A stretch of 63,525 bases of DNA, counting the filler, from Reclinomonas americana ATCC 50394 (Eukaryota), in NCBI GenBank assembly GCA_048213135.1. It is 13 parts of 9 records of this genome, joined end to end, with 100 filler letters (N's around TTAATTAATTAA, not from the genome) between each part and the next. Parts side by side here need not be neighbours in the genome. Positions count along the whole stretch, not along the records: positions 41,293 to 54,306 come from PS015757.1; positions 54,407 to 58,422 come from PS015758.1; positions 58,523 to 60,377 come from PS015760.1; positions 60,478 to 62,245 come from PS015760.1; positions 62,346 to 63,525 come from PS015763.1; 8 more parts are not named here. One strand, 5' to 3'. The position numbers were made by a program, and so were the translations under genes. The notes under the pieces are model-generated. The model saw nothing but the letters and a program-made list of their open reading frames with translations. It made no database searches and had not been told where the DNA came from. This document shows positions 49,575-63,525 of the stretch, piece by piece; position 1 is the first letter of the stretch; each line of letters begins with the position of its first letter.

Positions 49575-50675
49575 ATGTCATCCGCGAGACAAGTGCGCTT
49601 CCTCCTGCAACAGCACCCTCGTCGGCGCTACCCGTGCACCTGCGGTCACCTCGCCATCACTCCCGACGCGCAGCACCTGGTCTGTGGCGGCCAGGACAAC
49701 ACCGTGCGTGTGTGGTCGCTGGCAAGTGGCGACGAGGTGCGACGAATGAAGGGCCACTCGGGCTTTGTGCTGAGTGTGGCGATCACGCCCGATGGGCGAC
49801 ACGTGGTCAGCGCCAGTGAGGATCAAACGGTGCGAGTGTGGTCACTGGCGACGGGTGAACGAGTGCAAATGCTGCGCGGACACACTGCTACAGTGGAGTG
49901 TGTGACTGTCGCGCCCGATGGAGCGCACATTGTGAGTGGCGGGGAGGATGGTGTGCGCGTGTGGTCGCTTGTTGGCAAGCACGTGCGGCACATTGAGGGA
50001 CACACGGACACGGTGTATGGTGTCGCAGTCACGCCGGATGGGCGGCACGTGGTGAGTTGCGCTGGCGATTGGACGGTGCGAGTGTGGTTGCTGGCGACGG
50101 GAGAGCAAGTGCGACGGCTGGCGGCACTCACGCGTCTCACGTTCACTGTCGCCATCACCCCCGATGGCCAACACATTGTGAGTGGCGGCACCGGCACTGT
50201 GGTGCAGGTGTGGTCGCTGGCCAGCGGGGAGGAAGTGCGACGTCTCGCAGGCCACACCGACGAGGTGACATGTGTTGCCGTTGCGCCCGACAGCCGGCAC
50301 ATTGCGAGCGGGAGCGCTTGTCATGACAAGACAGTGCGTGTGTGGTCACTGGAGAGTGGCGAGGAGGTGTGCCGTTTGGAGTTTCCCGATGGCAGGTCGG
50401 GCTTGCGGTCGGTAGCGTTCACACCCGACGGCGGTCAGTGCATTGTGGGGAGCAGCTATGGCACCACTGCGCGCGTGTGGCGAACTCCGTACAGCCTTGC
50501 GCAGAGTGAACTCGATGCGACGCGACTGGCCTTGCAGGTCGTGCAGGGGATGCACCGCGACGGTGACGACGACTCGCGGCGTTGCTTGCCAGAGGTGGCG
50601 ATGCGATGCTTTATTGCGGAGGATGCCGAGGGCGTGCTCTTTCACTGTGGCGTGGATCCAGAGTTGCATCTGTAG
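49575..50675 (+). CDS. Intronless WD40 beta-propeller protein (paralog 2 of 29611-30702)
   Basis: Same repeat consensus and same tail (RCLPEVAMRCFIAEDAE..C.VD.ELH). Confidence 0.9.
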   Translation: MSSARQVRFLLQQHPRRRYPCTCGHLAITPDAQHLVCGGQDNTVRVWSLASGDEVRRMKGHSGFVLSVAITPDGRHVVSASEDQTVRVWSLATGERVQMLRGHTATVECVTVAPDGAHIVSGGEDGVRVWSLVGKHVRHIEGHTDTVYGVAVTPDGRHVVSCAGDWTVRVWLLATGEQVRRLAALTRLTFTVAITPDGQHIVSGGTGTVVQVWSLASGEEVRRLAGHTDEVTCVAVAPDSRHIASGSACHDKTVRVWSLESGEEVCRLEFPDGRSGLRSVAFTPDGGQCIVGSSYGTTARVWRTPYSLAQSELDATRLALQVVQGMHRDGDDDSRRCLPEVAMRCFIAEDAEGVLFHCGVDPELHL

Positions 50676-50718
50676 TGGAAGACGAGCAGGAGATATGCGA
50701 ATGTACATAGTTTATGAA

Positions 50719-51536
50719 TCAGATCTTCAACCCCGACGTGCAGTCGCCGCTCGTCGCACACGCGGTCGCCGTCGATGTGGCCACCACACCACTCTTCGGT
50801 ACACACTGCTTCGTCGACGCCGTGAACGTCCACGAGCCGCACGCAGTCAACTGTGAGCACCACAGTGAGCAGGCTTGTGGGCCGGTGGTTGTCTTGATGG
50901 CCCACGTGAGGTCGCCACCTGGTCGATCTGCATGCCAACAATAATAAGCCACATCAATCACGATCCTCTTTCATCTCTCATCTCTACCACTCACCCGTGC
51001 TGGTCTGGAAGCCGCTGCTGTCGTACGCAGCCGCACTCGTCTTGCGTCCCGACACCAAGCAGAAATGCGTGCCACAAATGTTGCTGGTCTCAGCATTGGC
51101 GGCCGTCGCTGGCACAGTGCTCTGCAGGCAGCGAGAGGGTGAGTATGTCACGTCCACACTCTCTTCGATCACCACCATCCACGTGCCTTGATCGTGCACA
51201 AATTCACGCCAGACGTGTTCGACGCCGCAGCAGCATCCAGGAATACCCACGACCGGCATTGCGAGGTCCGATCGCACAGTTCGCAACATGCCACCTCACT
51301 TTGAGCAGAAGGCGACACACCCAAGATTGTGCCGCCAGGTCGATCCACTGCCTCGAACTGGCACACTTCCAACGCCGCTGCTCGACGCGATGGAGAGTGA
51401 GACTGCCGACGGTGGAGCAAGCAGAATACCACAAGTAACGCAACGAGCCACAACTCCGTTCTGCACCGTTGAACAACTTGAATTCGATGCTGCAAACGCA
51501 GATTGGCATTGTCAGTACTGTACTTTCATCTCCCAT
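50719..51536 (-). CDS. Small membrane-anchored or secreted protein with two PAN/Apple domains
   Basis: DRPGG...CCELCDRTSQCRSWVF and DRPGGDL...CSLWCSQLTACGSWTF...C..K; hydrophobic stretch near N-terminus; start uncertain. Confidence 0.7.
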
Positions 51537-52245
51537 GGCGCCAAAAACCGTTCTCAACATCTGCCGCGACGAGAGTAAGAGAGACAGAGACAACGAGAAT
51601 ACATTGAAAAAGTAATCTATGCACAGCCAACGATGCTCGATAACAACGTCGTAGAACGGGTAAGAACGACAGGCTAATGCAAACTGCATAACCCTTGGTA
51701 ACACTGCTCTCTGTGAAGGAGTCTCCGTTCTTCTCTCGCATTGATTCACTCTCTGTGAGAAAGAGTAGAGAAATAGATGAAATTTGCTCACTCTCTCTGG
51801 CAAGACTCTGAACGATTCACCCTTCCCCCACAGCCCTCTCTTCGTTCCCACCACCCAAAGCCTCCTGTTGGACTCTTGACGACGCTTCCTTAACCCTTCG
51901 GCTTCCGCTCTTAGCCTCTTCCCTTTCCCCATCCATTCCCATTCTCCTCCGTTCCCCACCCCTCACTCCACACCCTCGATACATCTGCCCGTCTTCCTTT
52001 TTTACTTGCCCTGTACCTCTGCCTCCTTTACATCTCTCCTCCTTCTGGCTACTCCCTCTCCCTTCCCGTTTCACAGTCTACCCTCCACGTGGCCCTCTCC
52101 ACTTTCCCTTCACATCCCACTCCTTCCCATCTACTCCCTGGGTTCCCCCCTTCCATCGCTAACCCTCCTCGCTTTGCCCTTTACCCTTCTTCCCTTTCCG
52201 TCTCTCCCCCTTCCCAATCTTCTCCTCCCTTCCCCACCCACGCAC

Positions 52246-58140
<5,895 letters not shown>

Positions 58141-58141
58141 T

Positions 58142-58327
<186 letters not shown>

Positions 58328-58533
58328 GAGACGAGACGACGACGAGAGACGACGACGACGACGAGAGACGACGAGACGAGAGAGAGAGACGACGACGAGA
58401 CGAGACGACGACGACGACGACGNNNNNNNNNNNNNNNNNNNNNNNNNNNNNNNNNNNNNNNNNNNNTTAATTAATTAANNNNNNNNNNNNNNNNNNNNNN
58501 NNNNNNNNNNNNNNNNNNNNNNCCCTCAGCACC

Positions 58534-59340
58534 TCAATGGTGGCCATGGCCGCCTCCCGAACCGATATAGGCTTCGACCACGCGCGGGTCCTTCGAGACG
58601 GTGTCGTAGTCCCCCTCGGCCAGGATCTGCCCGCGCGCCAGCACGGTGATGCGGTCGGAGAGCGAGGCGACGACCGAAAGATTGTGCTCGACCATCAAGA
58701 TCGTGCGGTTCTTCGAGACCTTACGGATCAGCGCCTCGACGCGCTCGACATCCTCGCGTCCCATGCCCGCCATCGGCTCGTCGAGGAGCATCATCTCCGG
58801 GTCGAGCGCCAGGGTGGTGGCGATCTCCAGCGCGCGCTTGCGGCCATATGACAGCTCACCCGCCGTCAACTTGGCAAAGGCGGACAAGCCCACCGCATCG
58901 AGGAGATGCAGAGCCTCTTCGTCGAGCTCGCGGAGAACCTTTTCCGGACGCCAGAAATCGAATGAATCGCCGCGCTTGCGCTGCAATGCGATGCGGACAT
59001 TGGTCTTGGCGCTGAGCTGCGGAAACACCGCCGAGATCTGGAAGGAGCGCACCAGTCCCTTGCGCGCGATCTCCGCCGGCTGTTCGCGGGTGATGTCCTG
59101 TCCATTGTAGACGATGGCGCCTTTTGTCGGCGGCAGGAACTTCGTCAGAAGGTTGAAGCAGGTCGTCTTCCCGGCGCCATTGGGCCCGATGAGCGCGTGG
59201 ATCGTTCCACGCTTCACGTTCAGATCGACGCCGTTAACGGCCCGGAAGCCGCCGAACTCCTTGGTCAAACCGGAAGTCGACAGGATGATGTCAGTCGTGA
59301 CGTCAGAGGAGCCAAGCGGCATCGGACAAGCCTCCGTCAA
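58534..59340 (-). CDS. Bacterial branched-chain amino acid-type ABC transporter ATP-binding protein (LivG-like)
   Basis: GPNGAGKTT, RSFQ, LSYGRKRALE, LLDEP, VEHN; intronless. Confidence 0.93.
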   Translation of the reverse strand: MTEACPMPLGSSDVTTDIILSTSGLTKEFGGFRAVNGVDLNVKRGTIHALIGPNGAGKTTCFNLLTKFLPPTKGAIVYNGQDITREQPAEIARKGLVRSFQISAVFPQLSAKTNVRIALQRKRGDSFDFWRPEKVLRELDEEALHLLDAVGLSAFAKLTAGELSYGRKRALEIATTLALDPEMMLLDEPMAGMGREDVERVEALIRKVSKNRTILMVEHNLSVVASLSDRITVLARGQILAEGDYDTVSKDPRVVEAYIGSGGGHGHH

Positions 59341-60377
59341 TACGATTTCGGCTGATCGAGCACGCGCTCCGCGATGTAGCTCAGGATGAGCTGCTCGCTA
59401 ATCGGGGCGAGCCGCGTCACGAGGACTTCTCGCAGCAAGCGCTCGACCTGATATTCCTTGGCGTATCCCATGCCGCCATGGGTCATCACGGCCTGTAGAC
59501 ACGCATCGTATCCGGCGCGGGCGCCGAGGAACTTGGCGCCGTTCGCCTCGGCGCCGCAGGGCTTGCCAGAATCGTACAGAGCAGCTGCTTTCATGGCCAT
59601 CAGCCAAGCAGCTTCCAGCGCGATCCAGCGCTCGGCGAGAGGGTGCTGAATCCCCTGGTTCTGTCCGATCGGCCTGCCGAAGACATTCCGCTCGCGAGCA
59701 TAACGCGCAGCGCGGCCGAGCGCGTCCTGCCCGATTGCGATGGCCTCGACCGCGATCAGAACCCGCTCCGGATTGAGGCTGTCGAGCAGATAGGAGAAGC
59801 CCTTGCCTTCCTCGCCGATCCGGTCGGTTTCCGGCACGAACACATCGTCGATGAAGACCATGTTGGAATCGACCGCGGCGCGGCCATGCTTGGCGATGCT
59901 CTTCACCTCGAAGCGCGAACGGTCGAGATCAGTATAAAAGATGGTCATGCCGTCGCTGGCGCGCCGTACGTCCTTGCGCGCAGTCGTCCGCGTCAGGATC
60001 AGGATCTTGTTCGCGACCTGCGCTGTGGACGTCCAGATCTTTCGACCCGAAATGCGATAGCCGCCGTCCACTTTGGTCGCGAAGGTCGTAATGTTCGTCG
60101 TATCGAGACCGGCATTCGGCTCGGTCACGCCGAAGCAGACCTGGTCCTCGCCGGATACCAGCCGCGGCAGCCAACGCTCCTTCTGTTCAGCCGAACCGTG
60201 AACGACGATCGGATGCGGGCCGAACATGTTGATATGGATCGACGAGGCGGCCGCCATCGCTCCGCCGCTGCCCGCGACGGTGTGCATGACCAGCGCCGCT
60301 TCGGTGACGCCGAGGCCGGCGCCGCCGAATTCTTCCGGCATCGTCACGCCGAGCCAGCCGTCCGCGGCCATGGCGCG
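59337..60377 (-). CDS. Bacterial acyl-CoA dehydrogenase (5' truncated)
   Basis: PEEFGGAGLG, FGVTEPNAG, GRKIWTS, ERNVFGRPIG, HGGMGYAKEY; stop overlaps the next start. Confidence 0.93.
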   Translation of the reverse strand, partial: RAMAADGWLGVTMPEEFGGAGLGVTEAALVMHTVAGSGGAMAAASSIHINMFGPHPIVVHGSAEQKERWLPRLVSGEDQVCFGVTEPNAGLDTTNITTFATKVDGGYRISGRKIWTSTAQVANKILILTRTTARKDVRRASDGMTIFYTDLDRSRFEVKSIAKHGRAAVDSNMVFIDDVFVPETDRIGEEGKGFSYLLDSLNPERVLIAVEAIAIGQDALGRAARYARERNVFGRPIGQNQGIQHPLAERWIALEAAWLMAMKAAALYDSGKPCGAEANGAKFLGARAGYDACLQAVMTHGGMGYAKEYQVERLLREVLVTRLAPISEQLILSYIAERVLDQPKSY

Positions 60378-60539
60378 NNNNNNNNNNNNNNNNNNNNNNN
60401 NNNNNNNNNNNNNNNNNNNNNTTAATTAATTAANNNNNNNNNNNNNNNNNNNNNNNNNNNNNNNNNNNNNNNNNNNNATTTCGGTTAAATCCGGCGATGT
60501 CAGAAAGCGGTCTGGTCGGCGCCCCTTCAGGACGTTAGC

Positions 60540-61439
60540 CTATCTGCCCGGGCGTCGTCCGGGGGTGGCGACCTCCAGCGAGAGCTCCGTCAGGATGCGC
60601 CTGATCTTCGCGACCTGCTCGGCGTTCGAGCGGGCGAGCACGCCCTTGCCGAGATAGATCGAATCCTCGAGGCCGACGCGGACGCAGCCCCCGAGAATGG
60701 CGCCCAGCGTCACCAGGCTCGTCTGGTGACGCCCGGCCCCGAGGATCGAGAGGATGTAGTCGTCCCCGAAGAGCGAGTCGGCGACCCGTTTCATGTGCAT
60801 CAGGTTTTCGGCATCAGGGCCGATCCCGCCGAGAACGCCGAAGATGCACTGCACCAGGAACGGCGGCTTTACGAGCTTGCGCTCGACCGCCCAGGCGAGG
60901 TTGTAGAGGTGGCCGACGTCATAACACTCGAACTCGAAGCGCGTGCCATGTGCGCTGAGCTCAGTAATGCCGCGCTCGATCTGGCTGAAGGTGTTCGAGA
61001 GGATGAAGTCCTTCGTCATCTCAAGGTAGCCCTTCTCCCAAGGCTGCTTGAAGGACGAGATTTTCTCGGCGGCCTGGAACAGGCCGAAATTCAACGAGCC
61101 CATGTTCATGGATGCGAGCTCGGGCTTGAGCGTATTGGCCGCGAGAAGGCGCTGATCCAGGCTCATGCCGAGCCCTCCGCCCGTGGTGATGTTCACTACC
61201 GCGTCGCAACCCTGCTTGATGCGCGGCAGGAAGCGCATGTAGTCCTCTGGTGCCGAAGAGGGCGCGCCGTCTGCTTCATTTCTGGCGTGGAGGTGAAGGA
61301 TGGCTGCGCCCGCTTCCGCCGCACCGAGAGCCTGCTCGGCAATCTGGTCGGCGTTGACCGGCAGCGCGTCCGACATCGTGGGCGTGTGTATCGACCCGGT
61401 GATGGCGCAACTGATGATGACCTTGGACAATTTCTTCAC
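60540..61439 (-). CDS. Beta-keto acid cleavage enzyme (BKACE / Kce, DUF849)
   Basis: CAITGSIHTPTMS, EAGAAILHLHAR, ELAS.NMGS, FEFECYD, VRVGLED; GTG start preceded by AAGGAG RBS. Confidence 0.92.
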   Translation of the reverse strand: MKKLSKVIISCAITGSIHTPTMSDALPVNADQIAEQALGAAEAGAAILHLHARNEADGAPSSAPEDYMRFLPRIKQGCDAVVNITTGGGLGMSLDQRLLAANTLKPELASMNMGSLNFGLFQAAEKISSFKQPWEKGYLEMTKDFILSNTFSQIERGITELSAHGTRFEFECYDVGHLYNLAWAVERKLVKPPFLVQCIFGVLGGIGPDAENLMHMKRVADSLFGDDYILSILGAGRHQTSLVTLGAILGGCVRVGLEDSIYLGKGVLARSNAEQVAKIRRILTELSLEVATPGRRPGR

Positions 61440-61451
61440 GCGCGGGTCTCC

Positions 61452-62245
61452 TTAGTTCGCGGCGCAGGCCGTCGCGATCGCGGCACCGATCGCGACCAGC
61501 TCTGCATCGGCTTCCGCTATGAGGTTATGCAGGCGTACGAAGCCGTGCGTCAGGCCGGCGGCCTCCCGATAGACGACCGCCACGCCGGCTTGCGATAGCC
61601 GCTGCGCATAAGCACGGCCTTCGTCCCGTAGAACGTCGTACTGGGCCGTGACGACGACTGCTGGGGGTTGGCCGGAAAGATCCGGCGCTCGCAGCGGAGA
61701 AATTTCGTCGCGCGGATGCTCGGCCCGCGGCGCGTAGTGATCGAAAAACCAGGTCATGTCCTGTCGGGTCAACGGCAGGCCGGCACCGTGTTCCCGATAG
61801 CTCCTAGTCCCGAAGTCACAATCGGTAACCGGATAAATCAGAACCTGCAGGGCGCAGGCGACTTCGCCGCCCAGCCGGCGTAGCGCGACCGTAACGAGAT
61901 TAGCACCGGCGCTGTCGCCGCAGGCGATCACGGGCCCGTCACCGCATCCCAACTCCGCGCGATGCCTCGATGCGTAACGAAGCGCGTCCTCGCAATCCTC
62001 GAGCCCGTTCGGAAAGGGGTTCTCCGGGGCCAGCCGATAGTCCGGCATCAGCACGCTGCAACCGCTCGTCACGGCCAGGCGCCTTGCGCAGATCTCGTAG
62101 TCGTCGAGCGTCCCGGCTAGCCAGCCGCCGCCATGAACATAGACGACGAGGCCCGCGGACGAGCTTGTCGGTGTGATCAGGCGCGCCCCGATCGACCCGC
62201 CTCGTGTCGGGATGTCGATGTCACGGATCGAGCCGACCTCCGGCG
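61452..62245 (-). CDS. Bacterial hormone-sensitive-lipase-family alpha/beta hydrolase (5' truncated)
   Basis: HGGGW, DYRLAPENPFP, GDSAGANL, DVLRDEG, HGF. Confidence 0.92.
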
Positions 62246-62345
62246 NNNNNNNNNNNNNNNNNNNNNNNNNNNNNNNNNNNNNNNNNNNNTTAATTAATTA
62301 ANNNNNNNNNNNNNNNNNNNNNNNNNNNNNNNNNNNNNNNNNNNN

Positions 62346-62541
62346 GCCCGCGTGCCTCAACATGGGTCGCCTCGATGATGACGAGGCCGGCACCGGAGAC
62401 GGCGAACTGGCCGTAATGCATCAGGTGCCAGTCGGTGGCGCTGCCGTCGCACGCGCTGTACTGGCACATGGGCGAGACGACGATCCGGTTCGAGGTCGTC
62501 AGCCCGCGCAAGGTCATGGGTGAGAACAGCGGCGCCGTCAT
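62346..62541 (-). CDS. NADH:flavin oxidoreductase (Old Yellow Enzyme family), N-terminal fragment
   Basis: LFSP..LRGL...NRIVVSPMCQYSA..G...DWH..HY....GAGLVIIEAT.V. Confidence 0.9.
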
Positions 62542-63525
62542 TGGATGCGAGCCTCGCTTCCATCCGGCGCCCGCATCACCAGTTTCGCCATCTCGCTCCA
62601 GCTCCCGGTCGACGCGATCGACCAGATGCTGTCAGCCAGCGCGTCCAGGGAAAAGCCCGGATCCACCTGGGAAATAAGGCCGCTCGCCTTGTCCCTGATC
62701 TGCGCGACGGACATCGGCCGGGCCGGCGTGCCGACGCTGTCGAGCACCGTTGCCGAGCGCACCGTCCCGTCCTTGAAGCGCATCTCGACCGCGGTGCCGA
62801 AATGCTCGGGAAAATGCGCCTCGATCGCGGCATCCGCGCTGGCGTCGACGAGGTCGGCAAGCCGCAGGATCCGGCCATCGTTCAGGTTTTCGGTCCGGTA
62901 GGCGTCATAGCGCTTCGGCCCGAAAGCCAGCGTCGCGCCGACGACGAAGGGCAGGCTGTATTGAGCGGCCATGACCGAGGTCGGTCGGCGCAGCATATGC
63001 TGCTCCGCGATCGCCCTCGGACCCCTGACATGGATGTGCTCGATGCTGTCGAGATCGACCCGATGGCCGTCCGTGACCTCGCCCAGCCCGTCGATCAGGG
63101 AATGGAAGAGGCGGCAGCAGGAATAGGGCTTGAGGCTGATCCGGTGGATTTCCAGGGGCGTGCCCGGCGTCTTGGTCAGCCGCCCGACGTCGGGGTTCTT
63201 GCCGTAAAGCGCGAGATAGCCGTATTTGCCGTTGATGGCCGACTGCGGAGCCGACAATCCAAGGCCGGCGAACTCCGCCGCGAGAACCCCGTTTTTGGCA
63301 CCGAAGCCGGCATGGCAGCGCTTCACCATCGTGCCGGCGGGCTCGTCGGAAAACTGCATCGAGCCGCCGGCCAGCGACAGGATGAAGCCCCAGCTCGTGA
63401 GCAGGCCCGCCACGTCGAGCTTCATCAGCCGCGCCGCGGCCGTGCCAGCGCCGAAGCCTCCGAGCACGGCCGTCGGATGGTGGCCGAACTCCATCCCCTC
63501 AGCGGCGTTGGCCGCCATGCCGATC
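62538..63525 (-). CDS. MmgE/PrpD family protein (5' truncated)
   Basis: GHHPTAVLG, KRCHAG..AKNG..AA, LKPYSCC...H, AAQYSLPF, GTPARPM; ATGA overlap with the OYE gene. Confidence 0.9.
   Translation of the reverse strand, partial: IGMAANAAEGMEFGHHPTAVLGGFGAGTAAARLMKLDVAGLLTSWGFILSLAGGSMQFSDEPAGTMVKRCHAGFGAKNGVLAAEFAGLGLSAPQSAINGKYGYLALYGKNPDVGRLTKTPGTPLEIHRISLKPYSCCRLFHSLIDGLGEVTDGHRVDLDSIEHIHVRGPRAIAEQHMLRRPTSVMAAQYSLPFVVGATLAFGPKRYDAYRTENLNDGRILRLADLVDASADAAIEAHFPEHFGTAVEMRFKDGTVRSATVLDSVGTPARPMSVAQIRDKASGLISQVDPGFSLDALADSIWSIASTGSWSEMAKLVMRAPDGSEARIQ

Noticed and set aside
60478..60570. Apparent truncated or frameshifted BKACE C-terminus
   Set aside because: The expected tail (TPDDAR...LKG.DQTAF) is present across small indels right at the contig end; most likely sequence error.

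Overview
This window is an assembly concatenate: contigs are joined by N-runs and an artificial TTAATTAATTAA spacer. Bases 1-~58,420 come from an intron-dense, microsatellite-rich eukaryote, probably a free-living protist (taxon not determinable here). By manual splicing I recognise a secreted animal-type heme peroxidase, eIF2B-delta, RPLP2, an SNM1/Apollo nuclease, a selenocysteine glutathione peroxidase, two tandem coiled-coil/ubiquitin-like/Peptidase-S74 genes, a METTL21-type methyltransferase, two intronless WD40 paralogs, a PQQ/sorbosone-type dehydrogenase, an atypical MAPK-like kinase, an NCS2/AzgA-like permease, a 7TM-RGS protein, a PAN-domain protein and a large NHL/cadherin-like surface protein. 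Bases ~58,523-63,525 are bacterial, Alphaproteobacteria-like catabolic genes. Four observations stand out. (1) About 29 donor sites read GTTGCG/GTTGAG, the usual GTGCG/GTGAG shifted by one base, and almost never have an exonic -1 G. (2) A ubiquitin-like domain ending RLRG is fused directly to the autocleaving Ser of an S74 chaperone domain, suggesting a self-maturing UBL. (3) A kinase intron has AT-AC ends and a non-standard donor. (4) The Sec-GPx has an MGCxxS acylation motif and a 3-nt micro-exon. All gene models are manual inferences without RNA data.
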